A stretch of DNA of 64,000 nucleotides from an uncultured delta proteobacterium (GCA_963839305.1 CAWIUL010000011.1:2249561-2313560), one strand, 5' to 3'. Shown: positions 48,230-58,700, numbered from the stretch's first letter. Notes: generated from the sequence alone by a model not told the origin. Program-made: numbers and translations.

Positions 48230-50416
48230 ATGCGCTCCTCGCAGGCGAGCCCTGCAGTCGAACGGGCTTGCCGGGCCCTCGCGATGGTCGCGGGCGCGTG
48301 GTTCGTCTTCACGGCGTGGTGGGGCATGGACGCGATGCCCGCCGGCGGCCACCTCGGAAACGGCGCCGTGGGGCAAGCGCTCGCGGCCGAGAACGCCCTT
48401 CGCTGGCACTCGGTCTATCCGCTCTACGACTGGTACAAGCCGATCAACACGTATCCGGCGGGGTCGATCTGCCACCACCCGTTCGGCATTTACTGGCTGA
48501 GCGAGATCCTCGTCGCGCTCTTCGGCCACCGCGACTTCATCGTGAACCTGCCCGCCGTGCTGATGAGCACGGCGATCCCGTTCATCTTGTGGAAGCTCGG
48601 CAAGCACGCGTGGGGAGCGATCGGCGGCGCCGCAGCGGTGCTCGGGTTCTCGCTCCTGCCGATCGCCGTCGGCTACTCGATCTTCCACGGCCTCGAGAAC
48701 ACGACGATCTTCGGCGCGCTGCTCTTCTACATGGGGACGGCGCGCTTTCAGTCGCACGGCCGAAGGCGCGATCTCGCGTTCGCCGTGATCGGCGCGCTCT
48801 TCGCGACCTCGGGGGACTGGGCCGGTTACCTCGCGCTCGCGCCGACGCTCGGGTGGGCGTTCGTGCGCGCGTTCGTGCTCCCGAGCTGGGCGACCGCGCC
48901 GATCACCGCGCGCGTGCGGTACGACCGCTGGTGGGCGCTCTCGGTCGCCGCGGCGGTGTGCACGCTGATGCTCTGGGTCGTGCTCTTTCATCGCGCCGAC
49001 AAGATCAACGACTGGCTCGGCGCGGCGCTCACGCGCGGCGGCGGCAAGGACATCCCGCTGTCGGTCGTGCTCGAGTCGCGCCGCGCGTGGATCGAGTTCA
49101 GCTTCACGCCGCTCGCGATCGCGATCGGCAAGCTCGCCGCGCCGGTCGCGCTCGCGCGATTTTTGTGGAAGCGCGACGACACCGAGGGCTTCTCGCTCTC
49201 GATGCTGTTCGCCGCGACGGTTCAGTACGTGGTCTTCAAGCAAGGCGCCGACGTCCACATCTTCTGGCCGCACTACTTCTGCGCGTATTACGCGCTCGCG
49301 TTCGCGCAGCTCGTCCGCACGATTTGGGACGTGGTCGCGTGGATGACCTCGAGGATCGCGCCGAAGGCGACGCGCGTCGCGCCGGTCGTCGCGATGATCG
49401 CGACGTGCGCGCCCTCGCTGCTCCTCGCGCCCGACGCGTTCCACTCGCTCCGTGTGTGGCGCTCGACCGGCGGCCGCTACGACGACAAGGGCTCGCTCAT
49501 CCGGAGCGGCGCGGATCTCATCTTCGTGCTCCACGAGATCCTGCGCCCGCAGATGCAACCGAACGAGTCGCTCGCCTTCAACGCCGGCGCGCACGTGAGC
49601 TGGGAGCACAGCTGGGGGCTCTTCCGCGACATGGTCGAGAGCGACGGCCCGAGCCCCTCGTTCCCGTTCTGGGTCGCGCGCGCGAGCGCCCTCGGGGGCG
49701 ACCGAATGACCAAGCTCGCGGCGAGCTATCCGCTCTCGATCTACGGCGACGTCGTCGTGGTGAAGCGCGGCGCGCCGCAGGGCCCCACCCTCGCGTACTC
49801 GCTCGACGAGCACGAGCCGAACGTCTTCCAGTGGATGTTCACCAACAACGTCGAGCCCGTGCGCACCGTCCCGACGGCGCCGGATCCTTTTCGCACGTGG
49901 GAGTGGCGCTACCACCTCGGGCAAGCCGCGGAGGAGCCGACGGCGGCGCCGAAGACCCTCGACGAGATCCGCATCGCTCACAACGCCGCGCTCGCGCGCG
50001 GCGACGCGGCGACCGCCGAGCGCCTTCGCGAGCAGATCCTCGCGCAGATCACCCGCGAGCCCGAGGCCCACTTCGACGGTGGTCACGAGCTCATGGGCGT
50101 TCGGGTGACGCGCGGCGTCCAGCCGGTGCTCGAGAGCTGGTTCCAGGCCGGCGGCCCGACCACGACCGACCAGAATTTCCGCGTCCGCACGAAGATCGTC
50201 CGGCGCGGCCGGCTGAGCCTCATCCCGCCCGACGAGTACGATCGCGAGATGGCTTGGCCGCCGCCGCTGTCGACGAAGCTCTGGAAGACCGGGTTCATCT
50301 ACAAATTCGAGACGGTGATGAACCACCGGATCGGGCTCGAGCGGTACGTCGGGTTCTGGACGGGCGGTCCGCCCAAGCACGCGCCAGACGGGATCACCTT
50401 GGTGGAGGTGGAGTGA
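48230..50416 (+). CDS. polytopic membrane protein, GT-C-fold glycosyltransferase-like (ArnT/PMT-like)
   Basis: About 11 TM segments in the N-terminal ~480 aa, followed by a ~250-aa soluble C-terminal domain. Divergent from the MTase gene. Confidence 0.6.
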   Translation: MRSSQASPAVERACRALAMVAGAWFVFTAWWGMDAMPAGGHLGNGAVGQALAAENALRWHSVYPLYDWYKPINTYPAGSICHHPFGIYWLSEILVALFGHRDFIVNLPAVLMSTAIPFILWKLGKHAWGAIGGAAAVLGFSLLPIAVGYSIFHGLENTTIFGALLFYMGTARFQSHGRRRDLAFAVIGALFATSGDWAGYLALAPTLGWAFVRAFVLPSWATAPITARVRYDRWWALSVAAAVCTLMLWVVLFHRADKINDWLGAALTRGGGKDIPLSVVLESRRAWIEFSFTPLAIAIGKLAAPVALARFLWKRDDTEGFSLSMLFAATVQYVVFKQGADVHIFWPHYFCAYYALAFAQLVRTIWDVVAWMTSRIAPKATRVAPVVAMIATCAPSLLLAPDAFHSLRVWRSTGGRYDDKGSLIRSGADLIFVLHEILRPQMQPNESLAFNAGAHVSWEHSWGLFRDMVESDGPSPSFPFWVARASALGGDRMTKLAASYPLSIYGDVVVVKRGAPQGPTLAYSLDEHEPNVFQWMFTNNVEPVRTVPTAPDPFRTWEWRYHLGQAAEEPTAAPKTLDEIRIAHNAALARGDAATAERLREQILAQITREPEAHFDGGHELMGVRVTRGVQPVLESWFQAGGPTTTDQNFRVRTKIVRRGRLSLIPPDEYDREMAWPPPLSTKLWKTGFIYKFETVMNHRIGLERYVGFWTGGPPKHAPDGITLVEVE

Positions 50417-50478
50417 CCGTCGGCGACGGTCCGCCGGATTGATTTGTCGGGGCGAATGAGCTACCGCGAGCGCGACGA

Positions 50479-51333
50479 ATGAAGCTCACTGGCAAAGTCG
50501 TGGTCGTCACCGGCGGCTCGCGGGGGATCGGCTTCGCGATCGCGCGCGCCCTCGGCCGTGAAGGCGCGAAGGTCGCCATCGGCTCGCGCACGGCCAAGGA
50601 GGTCGACGAGGCGAAGGCGAAGCTCGAGGCCGACGCGATCGAGGTCCTCGCTCGTCCACTCGACGTCACCAATCTCGAGGACGTCACCGCGTTCGTCGGC
50701 GCGGTCGTCGCGCGCTTCGGCACGGTCGACGTGCTCGTGAACAACGCTGGCGTCGGCGGCGCGATCGGATTGCTCGAGGAGTGCGACCCGCGCGAGTGGA
50801 TGCGCACGATCGAGATCAACGTCTTCGGCACGATGAACGCGTGCCGCGCCGTCCTTCCGATCATGCGAAAGAACCGCCGCGGCAAGATCGTGAACCTCGC
50901 GGGCGGCGGCGTCGGCGGACCGGCCGTCGCCACGCGCCTCAGCGCCTACACGACGTCGAAGGCCGCCACGGTGCAGCTCACCGAGGCGCTCGCGAAGGAA
51001 GTCTCCGACGCCAACATCCAGGTGAACGCGATCTCGCCGGGCGCGGTCGTCACCGAGATGACCGCAGCGTTCGTCGCCGCAGGCCCCGAAAAGGCCGGAA
51101 AAGAGCTCTACGAGCGCACGCTGCAGCAGCGCCAGAGCGGCGGCGAGTCGCCCGAGATCGCCGCGCGCCTCGTCGTGTGGCTCGCGTCCGACGCGAGCAC
51201 CCTCACCGGCAAGATGCTCAGCGCGAAGTGGGACAAGGTCGAAGAGATCGATCAAGCCGCCGCGAACCGCTCGTCGCTCTTCACGCTGCGGCGCATCGAC
51301 AACGCCCTCTTCGCAGAGGTCCCCAAGAAATGA
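50479..51333 (+). CDS. SDR-family oxidoreductase
   Basis: TGGSRGIG. NNAG. Catalytic YxxxK as S..YTTSKAA. Confidence 0.9.
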   Translation: MKLTGKVVVVTGGSRGIGFAIARALGREGAKVAIGSRTAKEVDEAKAKLEADAIEVLARPLDVTNLEDVTAFVGAVVARFGTVDVLVNNAGVGGAIGLLEECDPREWMRTIEINVFGTMNACRAVLPIMRKNRRGKIVNLAGGGVGGPAVATRLSAYTTSKAATVQLTEALAKEVSDANIQVNAISPGAVVTEMTAAFVAAGPEKAGKELYERTLQQRQSGGESPEIAARLVVWLASDASTLTGKMLSAKWDKVEEIDQAAANRSSLFTLRRIDNALFAEVPKK

Positions 51334-52298
51334 ACGTCGGCATCATCGGCTGCGGGCTCATCGGCGGCAAACGCGCGGACGCACTGAAGGACACGGGCGA
51401 CAAGCTCGTCGCCACCTTCAATCTCGTCGCCGAGCGCGCGAAGGCGCTCGCGAACAAGCACGGCGCGCAGGCGTGCTCGAGCGCCGTGGAGCTCGTCGCG
51501 AAATCCGACGTGGTGGTCGTCGCGGCGACGAACGATCAGCTCGTCCCGCTGACGATGCTCGCGGTCACCGCGGGCAAGCACGCGGTCGTCGAGAAGCCCG
51601 CGGCGCGCCGCGCGAGCGAGCTCGCTCCGGTCGTCGAGACCGCGCGCGCGAAGAAGCTCGTCGTGAAGGTCGGCTTCAACCACCGCTTCCACCCCGGCGC
51701 GCAGAAGGCCCGCGCGATCCTCGACGAGGGCTCGTGCGGCGACGTCATGTTCATCCGCGGGCGCTACGGCCACGGCGGCCGCATCGGCTACGACAAAGAG
51801 TGGCGCGCCGACCCGGAAAAGTCCGGAGGCGGCGAGCTCATCGACCAGGGCGTGCACCTCATCGACCTCGCGCGCTGGTTCGTCGGCGACGAGTTCACCG
51901 ACGTCTTCGGCCGCGCGGAGACTTATTTCTGGAAGATGCCCGTCGACGACAACGCGTTCCTCACGCTCGCGACGCCGAAGCGCCAGGTCGCGCACCTCCA
52001 GGTCTCGTGCACCGAGTGGAAGAACATGTTCTCCCTCGAGATCTACGCGCGCCACGCGAAGCTCCACCTCGAGGGCCTCGGCGGCAGTTACGGCGTCGAG
52101 CGCCTCTACCACTATCAAATGCGCCCCGAGATGGGCCCGCCGGACACGGTCGTCTACGAGTACCCGCCGTTCGACAAATCCTGGGCGCTCGAGTGGGCCG
52201 ACTTCAAGAGCGCGGTGGCCAGCGGCAAGCGCGCGTGCGGCGACGTGATCGACGCGCTCGAGGCGCTCAAGATCGTCGACAAGGTCTACGGGCGCTGA
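51330..52298 (+). CDS. Gfo/Idh/MocA-family oxidoreductase
   Basis: ATGA overlap with the SDR gene. MNVGIIGCGLIGGKRA.. Rossmann N-terminus. ..EKP.. motif. Confidence 0.85.
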   Translation: MNVGIIGCGLIGGKRADALKDTGDKLVATFNLVAERAKALANKHGAQACSSAVELVAKSDVVVVAATNDQLVPLTMLAVTAGKHAVVEKPAARRASELAPVVETARAKKLVVKVGFNHRFHPGAQKARAILDEGSCGDVMFIRGRYGHGGRIGYDKEWRADPEKSGGGELIDQGVHLIDLARWFVGDEFTDVFGRAETYFWKMPVDDNAFLTLATPKRQVAHLQVSCTEWKNMFSLEIYARHAKLHLEGLGGSYGVERLYHYQMRPEMGPPDTVVYEYPPFDKSWALEWADFKSAVASGKRACGDVIDALEALKIVDKVYGR

Positions 52299-52304
52299 GG
52301 GAAC

Positions 52305-53327
52305 ATGGACACGACACGAGTTTTCACCGAAGAGGACGCGAAGAAGCGCTGGTTCGTCACGGGCGGCGCGGGCTTCATCGGGAGCCACGCCGTCGACCTC
52401 CTCGTCTCCGCGGGCTGCCGCGTCACGGTCTTCGACAACCTGAGCCTCTCGACGGACCAGTACATCGCCGAGCACGTCAAGAGCGGGAAGATCGACTTCA
52501 TCCGCCACGACCTCCTCAATCTCGAGGCCGTCACGAAGGCGATGGCGGGCCACGACATCGTCTGGCACCTCGCCGCGAACACCGACATCCCCTCCGGCTT
52601 CAAGAAGCACCGCATCGACCTCGACAACTCCGTCACCGCGACGTGGAACGTCCTCGAAGCGATGACGAAGACTGGCGTCAAGCAGCTGCTCTTCTCGTCG
52701 ACCGGCGCGGTCTACGGCGAGGCGATCGAGGGCACGTTCAAGGAGTCGTCGGGCCCGCTCACGCCGCTCTCGCTCTACGGCGCGGGGAAGATCGCGAGCG
52801 AGGCGTTCATCGCCGCGTACTGCAACCTCTTCGGCATCCAGGCGTGGGTCTATCGCTTCGGCAACGTCATCGGCGAGCGCACGAACCACGGCATCATCTA
52901 CGACTTCATCGCGAAGCTGAAGAAGAGCCCTGCGGAGCTCGAGGTCCTCGGCACGGGCAAGGGCGAGAAGAACTACTTCCTCGTCGAAGAGTGCATCCAC
53001 GGCATGCTGTACACGCACCACCGCATGCCGAACGGGCCGTTCCCGTATCTCGTGAACCTCGGCACCGACTCGACGTCGAAGATCATGGAGATCGCCGCGA
53101 TCATCGTCGAGGAGATGGGACTCGGCGACGTGAAGTACAAGTTCACGGGGACGCCGCGGGGGTGGCCGGGCGATCAACCCGTGGTGCTGCTCGACACGAC
53201 GAAGATCCACGAGCTCGGCTGGTGGGCGAAGCGCACGTCGAACGACGCCGTGCGCAGCGCGACGCGGCGCCTGCTCGGCACCGAGAAATTCATGCTCAAC
53301 ACGAGGACGCTCCATGGCGACGTTTAG
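52305..53327 (+). CDS. NAD-dependent epimerase/dehydratase
   Basis: VTGGAGFIGSH. Catalytic YGAGK. 340 aa. Confidence 0.9.
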   Translation: MDTTRVFTEEDAKKRWFVTGGAGFIGSHAVDLLVSAGCRVTVFDNLSLSTDQYIAEHVKSGKIDFIRHDLLNLEAVTKAMAGHDIVWHLAANTDIPSGFKKHRIDLDNSVTATWNVLEAMTKTGVKQLLFSSTGAVYGEAIEGTFKESSGPLTPLSLYGAGKIASEAFIAAYCNLFGIQAWVYRFGNVIGERTNHGIIYDFIAKLKKSPAELEVLGTGKGEKNYFLVEECIHGMLYTHHRMPNGPFPYLVNLGTDSTSKIMEIAAIIVEEMGLGDVKYKFTGTPRGWPGDQPVVLLDTTKIHELGWWAKRTSNDAVRSATRRLLGTEKFMLNTRTLHGDV

Positions 53328-53913
53328 CGAGACGTTTTTGCAAGAGAGCGCGGCGCTCATCCAAGGGCTCGACGCGCAGATGATCGAGAAGATGGCCGAG
53401 GGCCTCGGCGCGGTTCGCGACGGCGGCGGTCGCTTGTTCATCCTCGGCGTCGGCGGCTCCGCCGGCCACGCGAGCCACGCGGTGAACGACTTCCGGAAGA
53501 TCTGCGGCTTCGAGGCGTACGCACCGACCGACAACGTGTCGGAGCTCACCGCGCGCACGAACGACGAGGGCTGGGAGACGACGTTCATCGAGTGGCTCAA
53601 GACCTCGCGCCTCTCGAGCAAGGACGCGGTGCTCATCTTCTCCGTCGGCGGCGGCAACAAAGAGAAGAACGTGTCCGTGAACCTCGTACGCGCGCTCGAG
53701 CTCGCGAAGGAGCGCGGCGCCAAGGTGTTCGGCATCGTCGGCCGCGACGGCGGCTACACGAAGCAGGTCGCGGAGGCGTGCGTGCTCGTGCCGGTGGTCC
53801 ACAAGGACCGCGTCACGCCGCACACCGAGGGATTCGCGGCCGTCGTGTGGCACCTCCTCGTGAGCCATCCGCGGCTCCAGAAGGCCGCGACGAAGTGGGA
53901 ATCCACGAAGTGA
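53314..53913 (+). CDS. gmhA: SIS-domain sedoheptulose-7-phosphate isomerase
   Basis: ..LFILGVGGSAGHASHAVNDF.. and ..IFSVGGGN.. are GmhA-like. 199 aa. Confidence 0.8.
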   Translation: MATFSETFLQESAALIQGLDAQMIEKMAEGLGAVRDGGGRLFILGVGGSAGHASHAVNDFRKICGFEAYAPTDNVSELTARTNDEGWETTFIEWLKTSRLSSKDAVLIFSVGGGNKEKNVSVNLVRALELAKERGAKVFGIVGRDGGYTKQVAEACVLVPVVHKDRVTPHTEGFAAVVWHLLVSHPRLQKAATKWESTK

Positions 53914-53923
53914 GCTCCTCGCG

Positions 53924-54523
53924 ATGATGAAGGGCGTCGTCCTCGACCGCGACGGCACGCTCGTCGACGTCGTGCGCGACGAGGACACGGGAGTCATCAC
54001 GACGGCGTTTCATCCCTCGCAGCTGCGCATCCTTCCTGGGGTGATCGATGGCCTCAAGGCGCTCGCGGACGCGGGGTTCGTGCTGTCGATCGCGAGCAAC
54101 CAACCGGGCCCTGCGAAGGGACACTTCTCGCGCGACGCGGTCCAAAAGACCAACGACGCGCTCGTCGCGATGCTCGCGAAGGAGGGCGTCGCGATCGCGA
54201 AGGTGGTGGTCTGCATGCACCACCCCGACGGAGGTCCCGGCGGCGACCCGACGCTCGTCGGCCCGTGCGACTGTCGCAAGCCGATGCCAGGGATGTTCCG
54301 CGACATCATCGCGTCGCTCGGGCTCGACGCGGCTCGTTCGTGGGCGATCGGCGACACGACGTCGGACGTGGAGGCGGGACGCGCGGCCGGCTTGAAGACG
54401 GCGCTCTTGTTCGACACGAAGCGGTGCGAGCTGTGCCCGCTCCGAAACGGCCCAGCGTGCACGCCCGACGTCCACGCGGCGAAGTTCGAGGCGCTCGCGA
54501 AGGCGATCCTCGCGCAGGGCTAA
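53924..54523 (+). CDS. gmhB: HAD-family D,D-heptose 1,7-bisphosphate phosphatase
   Basis: VVLDRDGTL (DxDGT motif). Zn-binding CxH...C.C (CMHHPDG..CDCRKP) as in GmhB. ..GDTTSD... Confidence 0.8.
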   Translation: MMKGVVLDRDGTLVDVVRDEDTGVITTAFHPSQLRILPGVIDGLKALADAGFVLSIASNQPGPAKGHFSRDAVQKTNDALVAMLAKEGVAIAKVVVCMHHPDGGPGGDPTLVGPCDCRKPMPGMFRDIIASLGLDAARSWAIGDTTSDVEAGRAAGLKTALLFDTKRCELCPLRNGPACTPDVHAAKFEALAKAILAQG

Positions 54524-54528
54524 TTCGT

Positions 54529-55139
54529 TCACGGGCAGGACGACAGTCGGTACGTCGGGTTTCGGCCGTTCGGGCCCGGGACGTTGTCCGTGTAAGGACC
54601 GTCCGCGAGCCACAGCCCGAGCTCGCCGCCCGCGAAGTCGAATTCGTAAGGCGCGTCGCTCGCGAGGTTCGCGTTCACGCACGCGTCGAAGCTCGTGAAG
54701 CCGCCTTGGTTCGGGTAGAAGCCTACGGTGCCCGGCACCGGCGCGATCACCGTGTTGCCGCTCGTCACGAGGTAGAGCGTGTCAGGCCCGTTGGCGTACG
54801 CGTTCACGGTCCACGCCTGCGACGACGAGTACTTCATGCAGCCGTCGACGTAGGTCACGCGGTAGTGCCCGGCGGGAAGGGGCGCCCCGTTGTTCCAGCG
54901 CGTCGTCGCGCCGAGCGCATCGGCGACGAGCGTGCCGTAGTCGCAGAGGGGCAGTGGCGGGCTCACGTCGGGCGCCGAGTCGACGGCGGCGTCGTGGACG
55001 TCCGGAGCGCCTGCGTCGTGGACGTCCGGAACGCTCGAGTCGAACGAGGCTGCGTCGAGCTCGAGCACGTCGAGCTCGGTGCGCGCGCCGCACGCGCACG
55101 CGAAGCTCGCGACGAGCGTGAACACCTCGCGCCTCATCT
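54529..55139 (-). CDS. secreted hypothetical protein
   Basis: MRREVFTLVASFACACGA signal peptide, then acidic repeats (PDVHDAGAPDVHDAAVDSAPDV) and a ~130-aa domain with 6 Cys. Confidence 0.45.
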
Positions 55140-55235
55140 TGCGTATTCTACCGCCACGACATTGGGCATCGCCGACGTTTTCTTCCTGCGAAGCGCGCGT
55201 GAAAAAGTCCGCGCGCGCCCACCCGAGCGGCACGC

Positions 55236-56121
55236 GCTCGTGCGCCGCTGGTGGAGGGTCGCGCGCGAGCGCCTCCGCGTCGCGGAGCGGCTCGATCCGC
55301 AGCTCGAGAGCGCCGCGGCGTGGCCGCTCTATCGAGACGGCGTGCGCGCGCTGGCGTGCGCGGCGGTCGCTGCGGTCTCCGGCGAGGTGAACGAGGCGGA
55401 CGGCGCAGACGTCGAGTCGGCGTGGGCCGCGCTCGAGCGCGTCTGGCCAAAGCTCGACGCGCCCGCCGCGCTGGAGGCGTTCGCGGCTGGGCGTGAACTG
55501 CTCCGCGAGCGACCCACGCTCGACGCGCCGAGGCCCGATCGCGCGACCGCGACCGCCGCGTGTCAGGCGATCGATCGGCTCGCGCGGTGCGTCGAGCGCG
55601 CGATCGAGCCGCGCACGATGCGCCAGGTGCAGACCGCGAGCGTCCTTCGCGTCGCGCCGATCGTGATCGCGCCGATCGCGCTCGCGGCGTGGCTCGTCCC
55701 GCCGATGTTCGCGCCGAAGAGCCTCGCGCTCCACAAGCGCGTCGCCGTGAGCTCGAGCCGTGAGTCGGAGGCGCCGCCCGGCGGTGGCGACGTCGTCAAC
55801 GGCGTCATCGAGCACACGTACGGGATGCAGACGAACGAAGAGGACAACCCCTGGGTGCTCGTCGACCTCGAGCGGCCGACCTACGTCGCGCGCGTCGTCG
55901 TCTACAACCGCGGCGACGGTTGGTTCGACGACTGCTTGCCGCTCGTCGCCGAAGTGGGCAACGACGAGAAGGCGCTTCGCGTGATCGCGACGCGTGACAA
56001 GCCCTTCTCCCAGCACCGCCCGTGGGAGCTCCCGCTGCACGACACGATCCGCTTCATCCGCCTCTCGAAGAAGGGGCACGGCTACATCACGCTCGCCGAA
56101 ATCGCGGCGTACGCGAAGTAG
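55236..56121 (+). CDS. membrane-anchored discoidin (F5/8 type C)-domain protein, paralog 1 (start uncertain; TTG 55163 or GTG 55236)
   Basis: Helical cytoplasmic N-terminal region, a single TM LRVAPIVIAPIALAAWLVPP, then a C-terminal ..WVLVDLERPTYVARVVVYNRGDGWFDDCLPLVAEVGNDEKALRVIATRD...IRFIRLSKKGHGYITLAEIAAYAK. Confidence 0.55.
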
Positions 56122-56123
56122 AT

Positions 56124-57710
56124 CTAACGATCGCGCGCGAGGACGAGCGCGTTGAAGCGGCCGCCCCACATCGGCGTGATCGCGAAATTGTGCTCGTACG
56201 GGTTGCACTCGAAATACGCGACCGCGTGGTACCCGGGCACCTCACGGAACGGCCAGAGATCGCCCGCGTGGCCGAACACGTCCGGGTACGACGCGACGAG
56301 CACGTAGTCCGGGTGGCGTCGCGCCGCGTCGTCGGCGCTCGTGACGTCCGGTGTGAACACGAGGTGCGACCGATCGCGCGTCGGTCGTAGGTCTTGGCGA
56401 ATGCCCATGACGTCGGCGATGACCGTGTTCGTGCACGCCACGGTCGTGGTCTTCGAGACGCGCGCCGCGATCCAGTCGAGCGCGCGCGTTCGTGCGTCGA
56501 CCGAGAGCGTCTGCGCGCGCGCTGCCTGGACGATCGACACCACGACGAAGAGCCCGATGAACGCCGCGGCGAGGAGAGCACGCGCGCTCGTCGCGAGCCG
56601 AACGCGCGACGCCTCCGCGTGGAGCCACGCCATCGAGAACCCGATACCGATGCAGAGGATGGGCGCTGCGCCGAGGTAGTTGCGGAACAGGAACGCGCGG
56701 CTCGTGAACGCGAATCCGAGGAGCAAGAGCGCAGCCTGCGTCGTCCCGAGGACGACGATGACGCTTCGCTGACGCCACGCGAGCACCAAGCCCGAGACGG
56801 AGAGCGCTCCCGCGATGCCAGCCGCCCACGGCCACCGATGAAAGAGCTGAAAGAGGAGCGCGTGGGCCTCGCCGGCGAGGTGCTCTGGCCCTGGCCATCG
56901 GAGGAGGAGCTCCGGGACGCCGCCGTCGACGGTCTGGTTGACGCGCAGGCGGATGTCGCGGACCGCGAGGCTCGCGTGAAGGAGGAAGTGCGGGTTCAGC
57001 GCGTAGAACACGAACGCCGCGAGGGGTATGGCCCAAGCGAACCGAAGCGCGCGCTGGCGCCACGTGCCCGCCTTCAGAGCGAGCAGCACGATCGGGACGA
57101 GGAGCGTCAACGTCGCGGTCAGCTTGAAAGCCACCGCGAGCGCCGCGAACGTGACCGTCGCGATCGCCCACCGCGTGCGGCCGCCGCGGACGTACAGCGC
57201 GCCGAATGCGAGCGTCCACGCGCTCAACGCGACGAGGTTCGCGTCGGTCGCCGCGTATCGCCCGTGGGTGACGAGCTCCGCGCCCGCGGCGTACGCGAGC
57301 GCCGCGTAGATCGCGCGAGGACGCGCCCAGCGATCGCCGAGGGTCGCGAAGCGCGCGGCGACGTAGATCGCGAACGCCCCAGTCGACGAGATGATCGCCG
57401 TGACGTCACGACCGATGACGCGAAGGAGCACGCCGTCGGTCGTGTCGAACACGCGCTCCGGGTGCAGTGCGCGCAATGCCAGGATGACGAGCGCCGCGAT
57501 CGTCGAAGGGGGCGCGCCGTACTGATACGTCTGCGGCATCCACGCGCTCGTCTGAAGCATGTGGGCCGTGTTGTCGGTGACCCAGCCCTCGTCCCAGTGG
57601 TGGTAGTAGGGCAAGCCCAAGCGGATGCCGAGGTAGCGCAGCACGAACGCGAGCACGACGATCGCCGAGGCCGCGAGCCAGTCGACGCGATCGAACGCGT
57701 TCGCCCTCAT
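56124..57710 (-). CDS. GT-C-fold membrane glycosyltransferase-like protein (ArnT/PMT/GT39-83-like)
   Basis: MRANAFDRVDWLAASAIVVLAFVLRYLG.. About 12 TM segments and a C-terminal soluble domain. ATGA overlap with the upstream discoidin gene. Confidence 0.65.
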   Translation of the reverse strand: MRANAFDRVDWLAASAIVVLAFVLRYLGIRLGLPYYHHWDEGWVTDNTAHMLQTSAWMPQTYQYGAPPSTIAALVILALRALHPERVFDTTDGVLLRVIGRDVTAIISSTGAFAIYVAARFATLGDRWARPRAIYAALAYAAGAELVTHGRYAATDANLVALSAWTLAFGALYVRGGRTRWAIATVTFAALAVAFKLTATLTLLVPIVLLALKAGTWRQRALRFAWAIPLAAFVFYALNPHFLLHASLAVRDIRLRVNQTVDGGVPELLLRWPGPEHLAGEAHALLFQLFHRWPWAAGIAGALSVSGLVLAWRQRSVIVVLGTTQAALLLLGFAFTSRAFLFRNYLGAAPILCIGIGFSMAWLHAEASRVRLATSARALLAAAFIGLFVVVSIVQAARAQTLSVDARTRALDWIAARVSKTTTVACTNTVIADVMGIRQDLRPTRDRSHLVFTPDVTSADDAARRHPDYVLVASYPDVFGHAGDLWPFREVPGYHAVAYFECNPYEHNFAITPMWGGRFNALVLARDR

Positions 57711-58618
57711 CGGACGGGGCGCCCGCGGACCTCGAGCTCGTTCAGTCCGATCGCGCACGTCGCGTTGCAGCGAAGGCGCACGCCGCGCACCCACGCGCCC
57801 TTGTCCTTCGGCACGTCGTACGTCCACGTCCTGAAGTGATCGCGCCGCTTGACGACGGGCGTCCAGTGCTCGCCGTCGACGGTGAGCTCGATCCAGAACG
57901 GCAGCGCCGCGTCGAAGTTCTGGTCTTGGCGGTTCACGAGGCGGACGGTCGTCACTTGGTAGTTCGTTCCGAGATCCACCGCGAGCCACGAGCCTGCGCC
58001 GCTCGTCGTCGTCACGGCCTTGCGCGCCTCGGTCACGCCGTCGACGAGCGTCTCCGGGGTGGCCGAGTCGTACCCGAAGGCGCTCGCCGTCACGGGCCGG
58101 TGCAGCGCGACGTTCGGCGGCGTGATCACCTCGCGCGCGACGTGAAAGATCGCGAACGACACGAGCAGCGCGAGCGCCGCGTGGCGGAGCTGGCGCGTCA
58201 TCCGAATCACGGAGACGCTCCGCGACTCCACGGCGCGCGCACAAGCGCGCTCGACGCGCTCGAGCGAGTCGCGCATCGCCTCGAGCTCTTCGCGCGAGAG
58301 CGCTTCGAGCGCGGCGTCCTCAATCGCGAGGACGCGCTCGGCGCACGCCCGATCGGCCGCGGCTATCGGGAGGCCGTCCAGCGACGCGCGCGCGTCCTCG
58401 GCCTCGCCGCGCGCGACTCGACCCGCGCGCAAGCGAAGCTCGATTGCCTCGCGTAGCAGCGCGACCGCGCTCGCGTCGTCCCGCGGGGCGTGGAGCTCGC
58501 GCGCGACCTTGGCGCGCGATTGAGCCGCCGCGGCGAGCACGCCGATGCGCTCCGCCTGCTCCACGGTGTACTTCGCCGCGCGCTGCTCGGCCTCCGCCAG
58601 CAGAAGCCGCTCCCTCAA
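57707..58618 (-). CDS. membrane-anchored discoidin-domain protein, paralog 2
   Basis: Helical N-terminus, TM LRHAALALLVSFAIFHV, then a C-terminal ..WLAVDLGTNYQVTTVRLVNRQDQNFDAALPFWIELTVDGEHWTPV...VRGVRLRC..IGLNELEVRG. Confidence 0.6.
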   Translation of the reverse strand: MRERLLLAEAEQRAAKYTVEQAERIGVLAAAAQSRAKVARELHAPRDDASAVALLREAIELRLRAGRVARGEAEDARASLDGLPIAAADRACAERVLAIEDAALEALSREELEAMRDSLERVERACARAVESRSVSVIRMTRQLRHAALALLVSFAIFHVAREVITPPNVALHRPVTASAFGYDSATPETLVDGVTEARKAVTTTSGAGSWLAVDLGTNYQVTTVRLVNRQDQNFDAALPFWIELTVDGEHWTPVVKRRDHFRTWTYDVPKDKGAWVRGVRLRCNATCAIGLNELEVRGRPVR

Positions 58619-58700
58619 AGTGCGAGGGGGGGAGCACGGTGCTCACGTTCTTGCTGGTATTCCGTTTCGCGCGCGCTTGCAAACCGCAGCGCAAACACCG
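58619..58700. promoter_or_regulatory. divergent promoter region between two glycosylation operons
   Basis: 82-bp gap between divergently oriented starts (58618 minus strand, 58701 plus strand). Confidence 0.3.
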
